DNA of 64,000 nucleotides from Macrostomum lignano (lineage: Eukaryota), in the NCBI GenBank assembly GCA_002269645.1, contig NIVC01003939.1, positions 4,707 through 68,706 of the forward strand, written 5' to 3'. A program made the position numbers and the translations under genes. Under the pieces are notes generated by a model. The model saw only the letters and a list, made by a program, of their open reading frames with translations, did not search any database and was not told the origin of the DNA. Every line of letters starts with the position of its first letter. Within the stretch, counting starts at the first letter, position 1. Positions 20,770-32,571 of this stretch are shown here, piece after piece.

Positions 20770-20995
20770 AATTTTTCTGACACCTTTAAATGGCGCTTTC
20801 TGACACCTTCAACTGAAGCTTTCTGACACACTCAAATGGCGCTTTTTGACACACTCAAATGGCGCTTTCTGGCACACTCAAATTGCGCTTTCTGACACTT
20901 TCAAGTGGAGCTTTCTGACACTCTTCAAATGGCGCTTTCTGACGCACTCAAATAACGCTTTCTGACAAACTCAAATGACGCTTTCTGACACTCAA
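20770..20995. repeat. ~23-bp minisatellite (TTCTGACACACTCAAATGGCGCT)
   Basis: About 9 degenerate tandem copies. Confidence 0.85.
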
Positions 20996-21101
20996 AATAT
21001 ATGGCGCTCTCTGCTTCGACTATAGCAGTCCATGCACCATTCCCGATGCCAAACAACAATATTGCCAGTTTAAATACCGATGAGACAGTTTATAACCAAC
21101 G

Positions 21102-22653
21102 TCACTTATCAATATTCCGCAGTAAAAAATAGCCAACAACGGCGCAGGCGGCAGAAGCCACGGCAAGACCGGACAAAAAACCCAACAGAGCTTCCTGACG
21201 CCTCTGGCTAAGATTTCGAAACATATTAGCCAGAAACTTGATCAGGTTAGCCAGCAGATAGGCTAGAAAAGCAAACATGAGCTGTTTGCACAGATCCTTG
21301 AACACGGATTCGCCGCCTTCAAAGTAGGCACGCTGCAACAGCCTAGCAACAAAATGGAACAGAGCTACGAACGATTCCACATTGTAGCCGGAGTGGAACA
21401 GCTGTTCGAGAATGTCAGTGAAGCTATGGGGATTGCTAGACAGCTCCGATAGGTTCACGCTGGCGGCCAGCTGATCCGCCTGGGTGCCCTGGCGAGAGGC
21501 GCGGAACTCGTCGGCGAGTCGGGACATCTCCTGCCCAAGGCTGCTGCTGCTCAGCTGGGTGCCCAGTGGGGACCGGAGCAGGTTGTTCACCTATAGAGTT
21601 TTTTGTTCATTGGTCGCGTGACACAAGAAGCTAATAAGAGTACAACTGGGAGGATTTGGGAGGCTGGTCCAGCAACTGAGGATCTGGGAGGCTGGCCTAG
21701 CAACTGAGGATCTGGGAGGCTGGTCCAGCAACTGAGGATCTGGGGGGCTGGTCCAGCAACTGAGGATCTGGGAGGCTGGTGGTCCAGCAACTGAGGATCT
21801 GGGACGCTGGCCCAGCAACTTAGGATCTGGGAGGCTGGCCCAGCAACTGAGGATCTGGGAGGCTGGTGGTCCAGCAACTGAGGATCTGGGACGCTGGCCC
21901 AGCAACTTAGGATCTGGGAGGCTGGCCCAGCAACTGAAGATCTGGGAGGCTGGTGGTCCAGAAATTGAGGATTTGGGAGGCTGGTCCAGAGACTGACACT
22001 CTGGGACGCTGGCCCAGCAACTGAGGATCTGGGACGCTGGCCCAGCAACTTAGGATCTGGAAGGCTGGCCCAGCAACTGAAGATCTGGGAGGCTGGTGGT
22101 CCAGAAATTGAGGATTTGGGAGGCTGGTCCAGAGACTGACACTCTGGGAGGCTGGCCCAGTAACTGAAGATCTGGGAGGCTGGTGGCCCAGCAACTGGGG
22201 ATTTGGGAGGCTGGCCCAGCAACTTAGGATCTTGGAGGCTGGTGGCCCAGCAACAGAGGATTTGGGAGGCTGGCCCAGCAACTGGGGATCTGGGAGGCTG
22301 GCCCAGCAACTGAGGATCTGGGATTCTAGCTCAATATCTAAGGATCTGGGAGTTGTGGCGGTTGGCCAACACGCAGATATCACCATTCAACTAGGTTGTC
22401 AGGTCACCTCGTTAGAGTCGCCCAGCAGCTCCCTGCTTGCAGACTCGGCCACAGCCTCGGCCTCGTGATTGACATCAGGCGGCAGCGGCATGTTCTCCAG
22501 GTTGTAGCGGAGCAAATCGTAGCTCATGCTGAACGCGGTTCGCTCCTCGGTTTCTAAACTTTCGAAACTCGGCAATCTTGGAGTCGAAGTCTCCGACAGA
22601 TTGACATCGCCGTGGCTCGTACCGGTTGCAGCCTCTTTCGAGTCTTTAACCAT
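21102..22653 (-). CDS. Bcl-2-family protein B (Bax/Bak/Bok-like layout), 2 exons (22653-22408, 21590-21102; ~244 aa)
   Basis: BH3 LGQEMSRLADEF, BH1-like LFHSGYNVESFVALFHF (canonical LFxDGxNWGRIVAFFxF), C-terminal TM ALLGFLSGLAVASAACAVVGYFLL. Confidence 0.75.
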
Positions 22654-22819
22654 TGCTCTACTTAGTAATTAATTAATTAATGCTTCTAATAGGTGTTTTA
22701 CGCAGAAGTGTCAGCAAAGGGAACAGTAGAAGTTTAATTTGAATTTTATATAATTAAAAAAAATATATGTGCCATCGATATTAGCTACTGTAGTACTAGA
22801 ATGTGCAAATGTGCTAACA

Positions 22820-25330
22820 TAGTTCAGATCTTGGTGAGAACAATTTTGGAGGAGAATCTCGGTGGGGGAATCTTGATGGGTAGTTTTGGTGGGGGAATCT
22901 TGATGGATAGTTTTGGTGGGGGAATATTGGGGAAGAGAATCTTGGTGGGTAGTTTTGGTGGGGGAATATTGGGAGAGAGAATCTTGATGGGTAGTTTTGG
23001 TGGGGGAATATTGGGGGAGAGAATCTTGGTGGGGAGAATCTTGGTGGGTAGTTTTGGTGGGGGAATATTGGGAGAGAGAATCTTGGTGGAGAGAATCTTG
23101 GTGGGTAGTTTTGGTGGGGGAATATTGGGGGAGAGAATCTTGGTGGGGGAATCTTGATGGATAGTTTTGGTGGGGGAATATTGGGGAAGAGAATCTTGGT
23201 GGGTAGTTTTGGTGGGGGAATATTGGGGGAGAGAATCTTGGTGGGGGAATCTTGATGGATAGTTTTGGTGGGGGAATATTGGGGAAATCTTGGTGGGTAG
23301 TTTTGGTGGGGGAATATTGGGGGAGAGAATCTTGGTGGGGGAATCTTGATGGATAGTTTTGGTGGGGGAATATTGGGGAAGAGAATCTTGGTGGGTAGTT
23401 TTGGTGGGGAATATTGGGGGAGAGAATCTTGGTGGGTAGTTTTGGTGGGGGAATATTGGGGGAGAGAATCTTGATGGGTAGTTTTGGTGGGGGAATATTG
23501 GGGAAGAGAATCTTGGTGGGTAGTTTTGGTGAGGGAATATTGGGGGAGAGAATCTTGGTGGGTAGTTTTGGTGGGGGAATATTGGGGGAGAGAATCTTGG
23601 TGGAGAGAATCTTGGTGGGGAGAATCTTGATGGGTAGTTTTGGTGGGGGGAATATTGGGGGAGAGAATCTTGGTGGGGAGAATCTTGGTGGGTAGTTTTG
23701 GTGGGGGAATATTGGGAGAGAGAATCTTGGTGAAGAGAATCTTGGTGGGTAGTTTTGGTGGGGGAATATTGTGGGAGAGAATCTGGGTGGGTAGTTTTGG
23801 TGGGGGAATATTGGGGGAGAGAATCTTGGTGGGGGAATCTTGATGGATAGTTTTGGTGGGGGAATATTGGGGAAGAGAATCTTGGTGGGTAGTTTTGGTG
23901 GGGGAATATTGGGGGAGAGAATCTTGGTGGGGGAATCTTGGTGGGTAGTTTTGGTGGGGGAATATTGGGGGAGAGAATCTTGGTGAGTAGTTTTGGTGGG
24001 GGGAATATTGGGGAAGAGAATCTTGGTGGGTAGTTTTGGTGGGGGAATATTGGGGGAGAGAATCTTGGTGGGGGAATCTTGATGGATAGTTTTGGTGGGG
24101 GAATATTGGGGAAGAGAATCTTGGTGGGTAGTTTTGGTGGGGGAATATTGGGGGAGAGAATCTTGGTGGGTAGTTTTGGTGGGGGAATATTAGGGGAGAG
24201 AATCTTGGTGGAGAGAATCTTGGTGGGTAGTTTTGGTGGGGGAATATTGGGGGAGAGAATCTTGGTGGGTAGTTTTGGTGGGGGGAATATTGGGAGAGAG
24301 AATCTTGGTGGAGAGAATCTTGGTGGGTAGTTTTGGTGGGGGAATATTGGGGGAGAGAATCTTGGTGGGTAGTTTTGGTGGGGGGAATATTGGGAGAGAG
24401 AATTTTGGTGGAGAGAATCTTGGTGGGTAGTTTTGGTGGGGGAATATTGGGGGAGAGAATCTTGGTGAGGAGAATCTTAAGGGGAGAATCTTGGTGGGGG
24501 AATATTGGTGGGGAGATTTTTAGTGGGGAGAATCTTGGTGGGGGAATATTGGTGGGGAGATTTTTAGTGGGGAGAATCTTGGTGGGGGAATATTGGTGGG
24601 GAGATTTTTAGTGGGGAGAATCTTGGTGGGGGAATATTGGTGGGGAGATTTTTAGTGGGGGGAATCTTGGTGGGGGAATATTGGTGGGGAGATTTTTAGT
24701 GGGGAGAATCTTGGTGGGGAATATTGGTGGGGAGATTTTTAGTGGGGAGAATCTTGGTGGGGGAATATTGGTGGGGAGATTTTTAGTGGGGAGAATCTTG
24801 GTGGGGGAATATTGGTGGGGAGATTTTTAGTGGGGGGAATCTTGGTGGGGGAATATTGGTGGGGAGATTTTTAGTGGGGAGAATCTTGGTGGGGGAATAT
24901 TGGTGGGGAGATTTTTAGTGGGGAGAATCTTGGTGGGGGAATATTGGTGGGGAGATTTTTAGTGGGGAGAATCTTGGTGGGGGAATATTGGTGGGGAGAT
25001 TTTTAGTGGGGAGAATCTTGGTGGGGGAATATTGGTGGGGAGATTTTTAGTGGGGAGAATCTTGGTGGGGGAATATTGGTGGGGAGATTTTTAGTGGGGA
25101 GAATCTTGGTGGGGGAATATTGGTGGGGAGATTTTTAGTGGGGAGAATCTTGGTGGGGGAATATTGGTGGGGAGATTTTTAGTGGGGAGAATCTTGGTGG
25201 GGGAATATTGGTGGGGAGATTTTTAGTGGGGGGAATCTTGGTGGGGGAATATTGGTGGGGAGATTTTTAGTGGGGAGAATCTTGGTGGGGGAATATTGGT
25301 GGGGAGATTTTTAGTGGGGAGAATCTTGGT
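22820..25330. repeat. G-rich minisatellite block (GGGAGAGAATCTTGGTGGGTAGTTTTGGTGGGGGAATATT and a second unit GGGGAGATTTTTAGTGGGGAGAATCTTGGTGGGGGAATATTGGT)
   Basis: 2.5 kb of tandem G-tract units, two sub-arrays. Confidence 0.95.
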
Positions 25331-26199
25331 GGGCCGGGGAATCTTGTTGAATTCTTGATGGACAATCGTGGTTGTCTGCGATTCACAGCCATTAAGGGCC
25401 AGCCCCCAAGGCACACAGAGTGTACATGCCTGACGATTAGATAGTCAGGGCCTGTGTGCACCCTGTGTGAGCGTGTGAATGAGTGCGTGCCTGCCTACAG
25501 TATTGGTTTAGCCTGTGCTCAGAAGTCAGCTGAATGGGCAGAATTGGCTCAGCGGGTAACTGACTGCGGGTAGATGTCGAAGAAGGCGTGTCAAGATGTG
25601 GCTAGGATGTGTACAAGCGTATAAATTCAGTAAGAATTAACATTTTTAAGTATAATGAAGCTGTATTTAATATATTTAAAAATGATACTTTTACTACCTG
25701 GACTTCAAGCAAGAATTAATTAAGGCGACAAAACTGATTCCAGCTTTTAAATCTATCAGATAAAAAACCGATACTTTATTAGAATTTGGACAAATTATTT
25801 TATAAAAAACACTATTAAAGTTATTAAAGCGAGATTTTATCACAAAAATAGGCACCCGGTGTACGCATTGCATAGAAATGAAACACATCATATTTATTCA
25901 CTTTAAAAGCGCACATTTGATAAGTTGATGAAGTTAGTCTAAACTGGAAAAGTGGCATCACTGGCATTGTTTTGGCAACTGCCGCATATCAGAGGCAGCA
26001 GTTGACCCCCGCAGCCAGCCATGGACAAGCAGTTGTAGCCCGTTCCGCTGACCCCCTGGGCTAACTCACACAGGGTTCACAGCGGGTGCAGTTTCGACTA
26101 TTGCTCTGCATTGTCTCAGGCAGTGTGTACACTCTGTTCAAAGTTAGAATTGGTCAACTTATTTAGAGACAAATGAGATGAATATTGGAATGAGTAGAT

Positions 26200-26925
26200 A
26201 GGAGAGGAAAGGAGAGAGGAGATAAGAGGAGAGGAGAGAGGAGAGGAGAGGGGAGAAGAGAGGAGATAAGAGGAGAGGAGAGGAGAGGAGAGGGGAGAGC
26301 AGAGCAGGGATTAGAGGGAGTGAGGAGAGGAGAGGAGAGGGGAGAGCAGAGCAGGGATTAGAGGGAGTGAGGAGAGGAGAGGAGAGGAGAGGGAGAGCAG
26401 AGCAGGGATTAGAGGGAGTGAGGAGAGGAGAGGAGAGGGGAGAGCAGAGCAGGGATTAGAGGGAGTGAGGAGAGGAGAGGAGAGGGGAGAGCAGAGCAGG
26501 GATTAGAGGGAGTGAGGAGAGGAGAGGAGAGGAGAGGGGAGAGCAGAGCAGGGATTAGAGGGGAGTGAGGAGAGGAGAGGAGAGGGGAGAGCAGAGCAGG
26601 GATTAGAGGGAGTGAGGAGAGGAGAGGAGAGGAGAGGGGAGAGCAGAGCAGGGATTAGAGGGAGTGAGGAGAGGAGAGGAGAGGGGAGAGCAGAGCAGGG
26701 ATTAGAGGGAGTGAGGAGAGGAGAGGAGAGGGGAGAGCAGAGCAGGGATTAGAGGGAGTGAGGAGAGGAGAGGAGAGGAGAGGGGAGAGCAGAGCAGGGA
26801 TTAGAGGGAGTGAGGAGAGGAGAGGAGAGGGGAGAGCAGAGCAGGGATTAGAGGGAGTGAGGAGAGGAGAGGAGAGGAGAGGGGAGAGCAGAGCAGGGAT
26901 TAGAGGGAGTGAGGAGAGGAGAGGT
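26200..26925. repeat. Purine-rich (GAGAG-based) minisatellite
   Basis: Unit AGAGCAGAGCAGGGATTAGAGGGAGTGAGGAGAGGAGAGGAGAGGGG with variable GAGAG count. Confidence 0.95.
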
Positions 26926-27172
26926 TGGAGAAGAAAAAGGGAGAAGAGAGCTGACAAGAGCCACACAGGTTAGGCGGGCCATGATTGCTATTGTACTGAC
27001 TCAAAGGCCCCCGAGGGTCGGATAGAGAGGCTTCGCTGACCGCATGTGACCGCCCATAGGGGTTGGCCCCGCACTGGAGAGACCAACGCAAGACAAGTGG
27101 AAGCGAACCTTTTGAATATTATGATTTTTCACGCCGTAAGCATAGTAAATGATCAATTCAGCTACAAAGGCA

Positions 27173-30100
27173 TCAGACATAGGCGCCAGGTGACCAGGCT
27201 CCAATACGAGCATCGCAGGCCAGTTTCGGAGAGTAGGAATGCGGCAGATCCCTGAGCAGCGGGTGCAGCCGAAGCCCAGACAGAGTCTCATTAAACAGCA
27301 GGTGCGAAGGCACAAATGCGCTGATGTACAGCCGGTGCCGCTGTGGATCCGACAGTCGAAGCCGACTAACGGCCGTTCGTAACTGACCGGCCAGATGTTC
27401 GACTGCGTCCGATTCTGTCCGGCAGTAGATGTTCAGCACCAGGTGGAGCCCGCCAACCGGTACTGAAGTCCAGTTGGCTATGCTAACACCGGTTACTTCA
27501 CCGGTGGGCCCCGGGCCAGGCTCCGAGTAACTGGCCATCACCTGGGGCGCGGGTTTGGGATAAAGTTTATTGAATTAAACTATTTTTTTCGTATTGCCTA
27601 ATTGCTTGAAGCAACTGAACAGCTCTTTGAGAGAATTTGGTGGGGAGAATCTTGGTGGAGACTGGAGAGAATCTTGGTGGGGAGAATCTTGGTGGGGATC
27701 TTAGTGGGGGATCTTCGTGGGAAGAATCTTGGTGAGGAGAATCTTGGTGGGGAGGAATCTTGGTGGGGAGAATTTTAGTGGGGATTCTTGGTAGGGAGAA
27801 TCTTGGTAGGGAGAATTTTAGTGAAAAGCTGAATCTTGGTGGGGAGAATCTTGGTGGAGAGAATCTTGGTGGGGATCTTAGTGGGGGATCTTCGTGGGAA
27901 GAATCTTGGTGAGGAGAATCTTGGTGTGAAGAAGATTGGTGGGGAGAATTTTAGTGGGGCGTCTTGGTGGGAGGAATCTTGGTAGGGAGAATTTTAGTGG
28001 GGAGAATCTTGGTGGGGAGAGTCTTGATGGGGAATCTTGTTGGGGAGAATCTTGGTGGGGAGAATCTTGGTAAGGAGAATCTTGGTGGGGAGAATCTTGG
28101 TAAAGAGAATCTTGGTAAGGAGAATCTTGGTGCGGGATCTTATAGGGGGATCTTAGTGGGAAGAATCTTGGTGAGGAGAATCTTGGTGTGAAGAAGATTG
28201 GTGGGGAGAATTTTAGTGGGGCGTCTTGGTGGGAGGAATCTTGGTAGGGAGAATTTTAGTGGGGAGAATCTTGGTGGGGAGAGTCTTGATGGGGAATCTT
28301 GTTGGGGAGAATCTTGGTGGGGAGAATCTTGGTAAGGAGAATCTTGGTGGGGAGAATCTTGGTAAAGAGAATCTTGGTAAGGAGAATCTTGGTGCGGGAT
28401 CTTATAGGGGGATCTTAGTGGGAAGAATCTTGGTGAGGAGAATCTTGGTAGGTCTAATGTCTTAGTCTTGGTCTATAGTGTATATGGTAATGATCGGTCG
28501 TCATCCAATTGGTTTCCATGAAAAAGTACTTCAAGTGTTACCTGATGCAGATAGTTATTCCATATTTTCAGATTGCCTTTAGACAGTACAAGGGACTCCT
28601 TGGCAATGAGAATGTGTTGATCAGGTTTAAACAACCGGTTCTCAGTGCTACTGCAAACATACTCAGAGCTGAGAAACTGGACAGGATCGGACACTGGCAC
28701 CAGCTCGCCTTGTCGCGGTTCGCTAGCCGCAAATCTCGTTGCCAAATTTTCCCAATAATCCGCTGTACATTCAAATCCTAATTGCTGATTGTGTAGCACT
28801 ACTTTTAGTAGGTGTTGACGATTTTCAAAAAATTTTCTATTATAAACTGGAAGGCTGTAGACACCGCAACAGCCGGCTAGGCTATGCAGACGGGGCTGCA
28901 GATGCTCCAATAGAGCTCGAGTGGCGTAAGACATCAGGCCGAAATCCCTGACACCTGCTACAGTTCGACCACCGCCGAACGACAGATTGCGACCGCCTTC
29001 GTTCACGATTGCGTAGGCAAATGTGAGCTGCAGGGTTTAGAGGGGACACAGAGCCATAAAGCCATGTACATTAGAGATAGGGCCATAGACTGGTGCTGTG
29101 TACTGAATGTACATTAGAGATAGGGCCATAGACTGGTGCTGTGTGCTGAATGTACATTAGAGATAGGGCCATAGACTGGTGCTGTGTACTGAATGTACAT
29201 TAGAGATAGGGCCATAGACTGGTGCTGTGTACTGAATGTACATTAGAGATAGGGCCATAGACTGGTGCTGTGTACTGAATGTACATTAGGGACACAGAGC
29301 CATAGACTGGTGCTGTGTACTGAATGTACATCAGAGATAGGGCCATAGACTAATACTGTGTACTGAATGTACATTAGAGATAGGGCCATAGACTGGTGCT
29401 GTGTACTGAATGTACATTAGGGACACAGAGCCATAGACTGGTGCTGTGTACTGAATGTACATTAGGGACACAGAGCCATAGACTGGTGCTGTGTACTGAA
29501 TGTACATCAGAGATAGGGCCATAGACTAATGCTGTGTACTGAATGTACATTAGAGATAGGGCCATAGACTGGTGCTGTGTACTGAATGTACATTAGAGAT
29601 AGGGCCATAGACTGGTGCTGTGTACTGAATGTACATTAGGGACACAGAGCCATAGACTGGTGCTGTGTACTGAATGTACATCAGAGATAGGGCCATAGAC
29701 TAATACTGTGTACTGAATGTACATTAGAGATAGGGCCATAGACTGGTGCTGTGTACTGAATGTACATTAGGGACACAGAGCCATAGACTGGTGCTGTGTA
29801 CTGAATGTACATTAGGGACACAGAGCCATAGACTGGTGCTGTGTACTGAATGTACATCAGAGATAGGGCCATAGACTAATGCTGTGTACTGAATGTACAT
29901 TAGAGATAGGGCCATAGACTGGTGCTGTGTACTGAATGTACATTAGGGACACAGAGCCATAGACTGGTGCTGTGTACTGAATGTACATTAGGGATACAGA
30001 ACCATAGCTAATGCTGTGCACTGAATGTACATTAGGGACACAAAGCCATAGACTAATGCATTGCACCGAATGTACAATAGGGACACACAAGACACCATAA

Positions 30101-30471
30101 ACTGCAAAACAAGAGCACAGACACAAACTCAAAATACAGAATATACTTTGATTATTTAGCTCATGACTTACAATTTTATTATTAACGGTATCAACAGCCA
30201 CAATTCCGTAGCGATCATCATGCCTGATAATTTCATCGTAATAATCCTGCATATAGTCGAGTCCGTAGTGAATATCCGGTTCAATTTTCAACACTTCCGC
30301 TTTATCCGCCAGAGTGGCCAAACGGAATTGTAAATTCTCTTTCGGTATGGGAAATTTTTTAAATTTCTCCTCTAAATTGGCGTGCATGCTGATTTGGCTC
30401 AGCGAGGTGACTCGACGCTGGCCAGCCGTGGACAGGAAGCGGCGAGTGCAGAGAGCGGCGACTGACGACAT
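27173..30471 (-). CDS. GNAT acetyltransferase, NAT16/histidine N-acetyltransferase-like, paralogue A, 3 exons (30471-30172, 29027-28542, 27541-27173; ~384 aa)
   Basis: FRLAT..D..EVLKI..DIHYGLDYMQDYY parallels NAT16/HISAT GIYGGLDYLP; AIVNEGGRNLSFGGGRT parallels VIDAGETVLVEGLRV; three phase-0 GT-AG junction pairs. Confidence 0.7.
27620..28450. repeat. G-rich GAGAATCTTGGTGGG minisatellite in intron 2 of NAT16-like A
   Basis: Tandem ~15-bp units with a higher-order ~260-bp duplication. Confidence 0.9.
29050..30100. repeat. ~43-bp minisatellite in intron 1 of NAT16-like A
   Basis: Unit CATTAGAGATAGGGCCATAGACTGGTGCTGTGTACTGAATGTA, with a 350-bp higher-order repeat (ORF pairs offset by 350). Confidence 0.95.
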
Positions 30472-31217
30472 GCTTGCCACTGCGCATAAATTGTTATTAA
30501 GAAACGACGGAAAAATATCGTTAGCTACATGCAACCTACTAATAGTAGAAAGAATAGTAAAACACTAGGCAAAACTCATCGCTATGCGGAGTCAACGGAT
30601 TTTATCTCAGTGGAATCCCTCTCCATGGAATTCCCTTCAGTAGAATCCCCCAGTAGAATTCACCATGGGGTTCCTATCCATGGATTTCCCTCAAAGGAAC
30701 CACTTTAGTGGAATCCCCACAGCTAAATCAATCTACTTCTATAGAACTTTCTGTGGCATTCCTATGAGAATTCCAGCTGTTGAAATACGTTGCACACAAA
30801 CTACTAGCAGTAGATTAGTAAAGAATATGTATACACTAACAAAACAGAACATTTTATTTTCGGATAATTAAATAAAAGTGTGCAGTACAGACGTTTCAAA
30901 CATAACAATAATTCTTAAAATTTCAGAAAAAACTTCCCTGTTTCGCTTCGATAGCTTTTAAAGTGAACTAATTTGAAAACCATTCACGAACTACCTGAAA
31001 TCTTTGTGCTAAATAGAGAACAAGATTAACTAACTAATAAGCTAGGATAATATAAAAATCGTTTGAAATACGAGTGTAAAAGAAATATCAGAAGGCAGGG
31101 GAAAGACATGACAGACGAGCACAACCGCTGATACTGACAACAGATTAACCGCTGTTGTTAAAATAAAATTCATCTGTATCGATAAGCTCTATCAATTAAA
31201 CTTATATTAAACTTATA

Positions 31218-31846
31218 GGGCCACTCAGCACATTTGCGTGTAAGCTACTTTCAGTTCAGTAGTAGGATTAACAGAAGCATTTTAATGTATTTTTAAAGCC
31301 AAGGCTCATTTATTGGCTCTTAGCCCCCCCCCCCCCCCCGAGCTTAAACTCTCCAACCGCGCCTTTCCGCACTACCCCCCCCCCCATCCATACATGCGCA
31401 ACTTTGGGAATCACCCGGACGTTTCAATTGGCAACACTACATGTAAGTCACTATTGGCTGAGAGCAGTCACGTGACTACTATTCCGTCCAATAGCGACAT
31501 ACGTGTGTGTGTGTGTTGCCAATAGAAACGGCCGGGTGATTCCCAAGGTTGCGCCCAAGTATGCCCCCATCCGACCCATTTTTTATTGCCCTTCTCGGAA
31601 TTCCAGCTTAAAGCTGCCATGTACATTCCAGTGAACTGGCCAATGTACATGTACATTATGGCTGAACCAATTAGCAAGTTGTTTACGCCTGCAAGCTTGG
31701 GCTTCTAAACTTATCAAAGTCATTTCAGCTGGCTTTATTTTTATAAAATAGCTTATGTATTCTTCTTTGCTACTGAACTGAAAGTAGAAAGCTGTTTTAC
31801 CAGGTATATATGCCTGAGTGGCCCATCTAGTTGTTTTAGTATCTGT
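31218..31846. mobile_element. Second, left-truncated copy of the hAT-like MITE with a nested palindromic insert (~31388-31565)
   Basis: Aligns by eye to 1340-1757; extra ~175-bp foldback with central GTCACGTGAC, also present inverted at 54735-54907. Confidence 0.8.
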
Positions 31847-31859
31847 TGTCTAGTACGAC

Positions 31860-32487
31860 TGTCCCACTGACAGTAACATTGTGTCACTGACAGACTGTGA
31901 ACTTGTCACTGACAGACTGTGAAATTGTCACTGACAGACTGTGAACTTGTCACTGACAGACTGTGAACTTGTCACTGACAGACTGTGAACTTGTCACTGA
32001 CAGACTGTGAAATTGTCACTGACAGACTGTGAAATTGTCACTGACAGACTGTGAAAGTTGTCACTGACTGACTGTGAACTTGTCACTGACAGACTGTGAA
32101 CTTGTCACTGACAGACTGTGAACTTGTCACTGACAGACTGTGAACTTGTCACTGACAGACTGTGAACTTGTCACTAACAGACTGTGAAATTGTCACTGAC
32201 AGACTGTGAAATTGTCACTGACAGACTGTGAAATTGTCACTGACAGACTGTGAACTTGTCACTGACAGACTGTGAACTTGTCACTGACAGACTGTGAAAG
32301 CTGTCACTGACAGACTGTGAAAGTTGTCACTGACAGACTGTGAAATTGTCACTGACAGACTGTGAACTTGTCACTGACAGACTGTGAACTTGTCACTGAC
32401 AGACTGTGAACTTGTCACTGACAGACTGTGAAAGTTGTCACTGACAGACTGTGAAATTGTCACTGACAGACTGTGAACTTGTCACTG
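31860..32487. repeat. 22-bp minisatellite (GTCACTGACAGACTGTGAACTT)
   Basis: ~28 tandem copies. Confidence 0.95.
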
Positions 32488-32571
32488 GAAGCCAAATGCC
32501 GTACGCTCTTAGACCTAAAAAACCAGTAAAAATTCAATCTGAAAAAAACCACTCAACAGTGCTCAACAATG

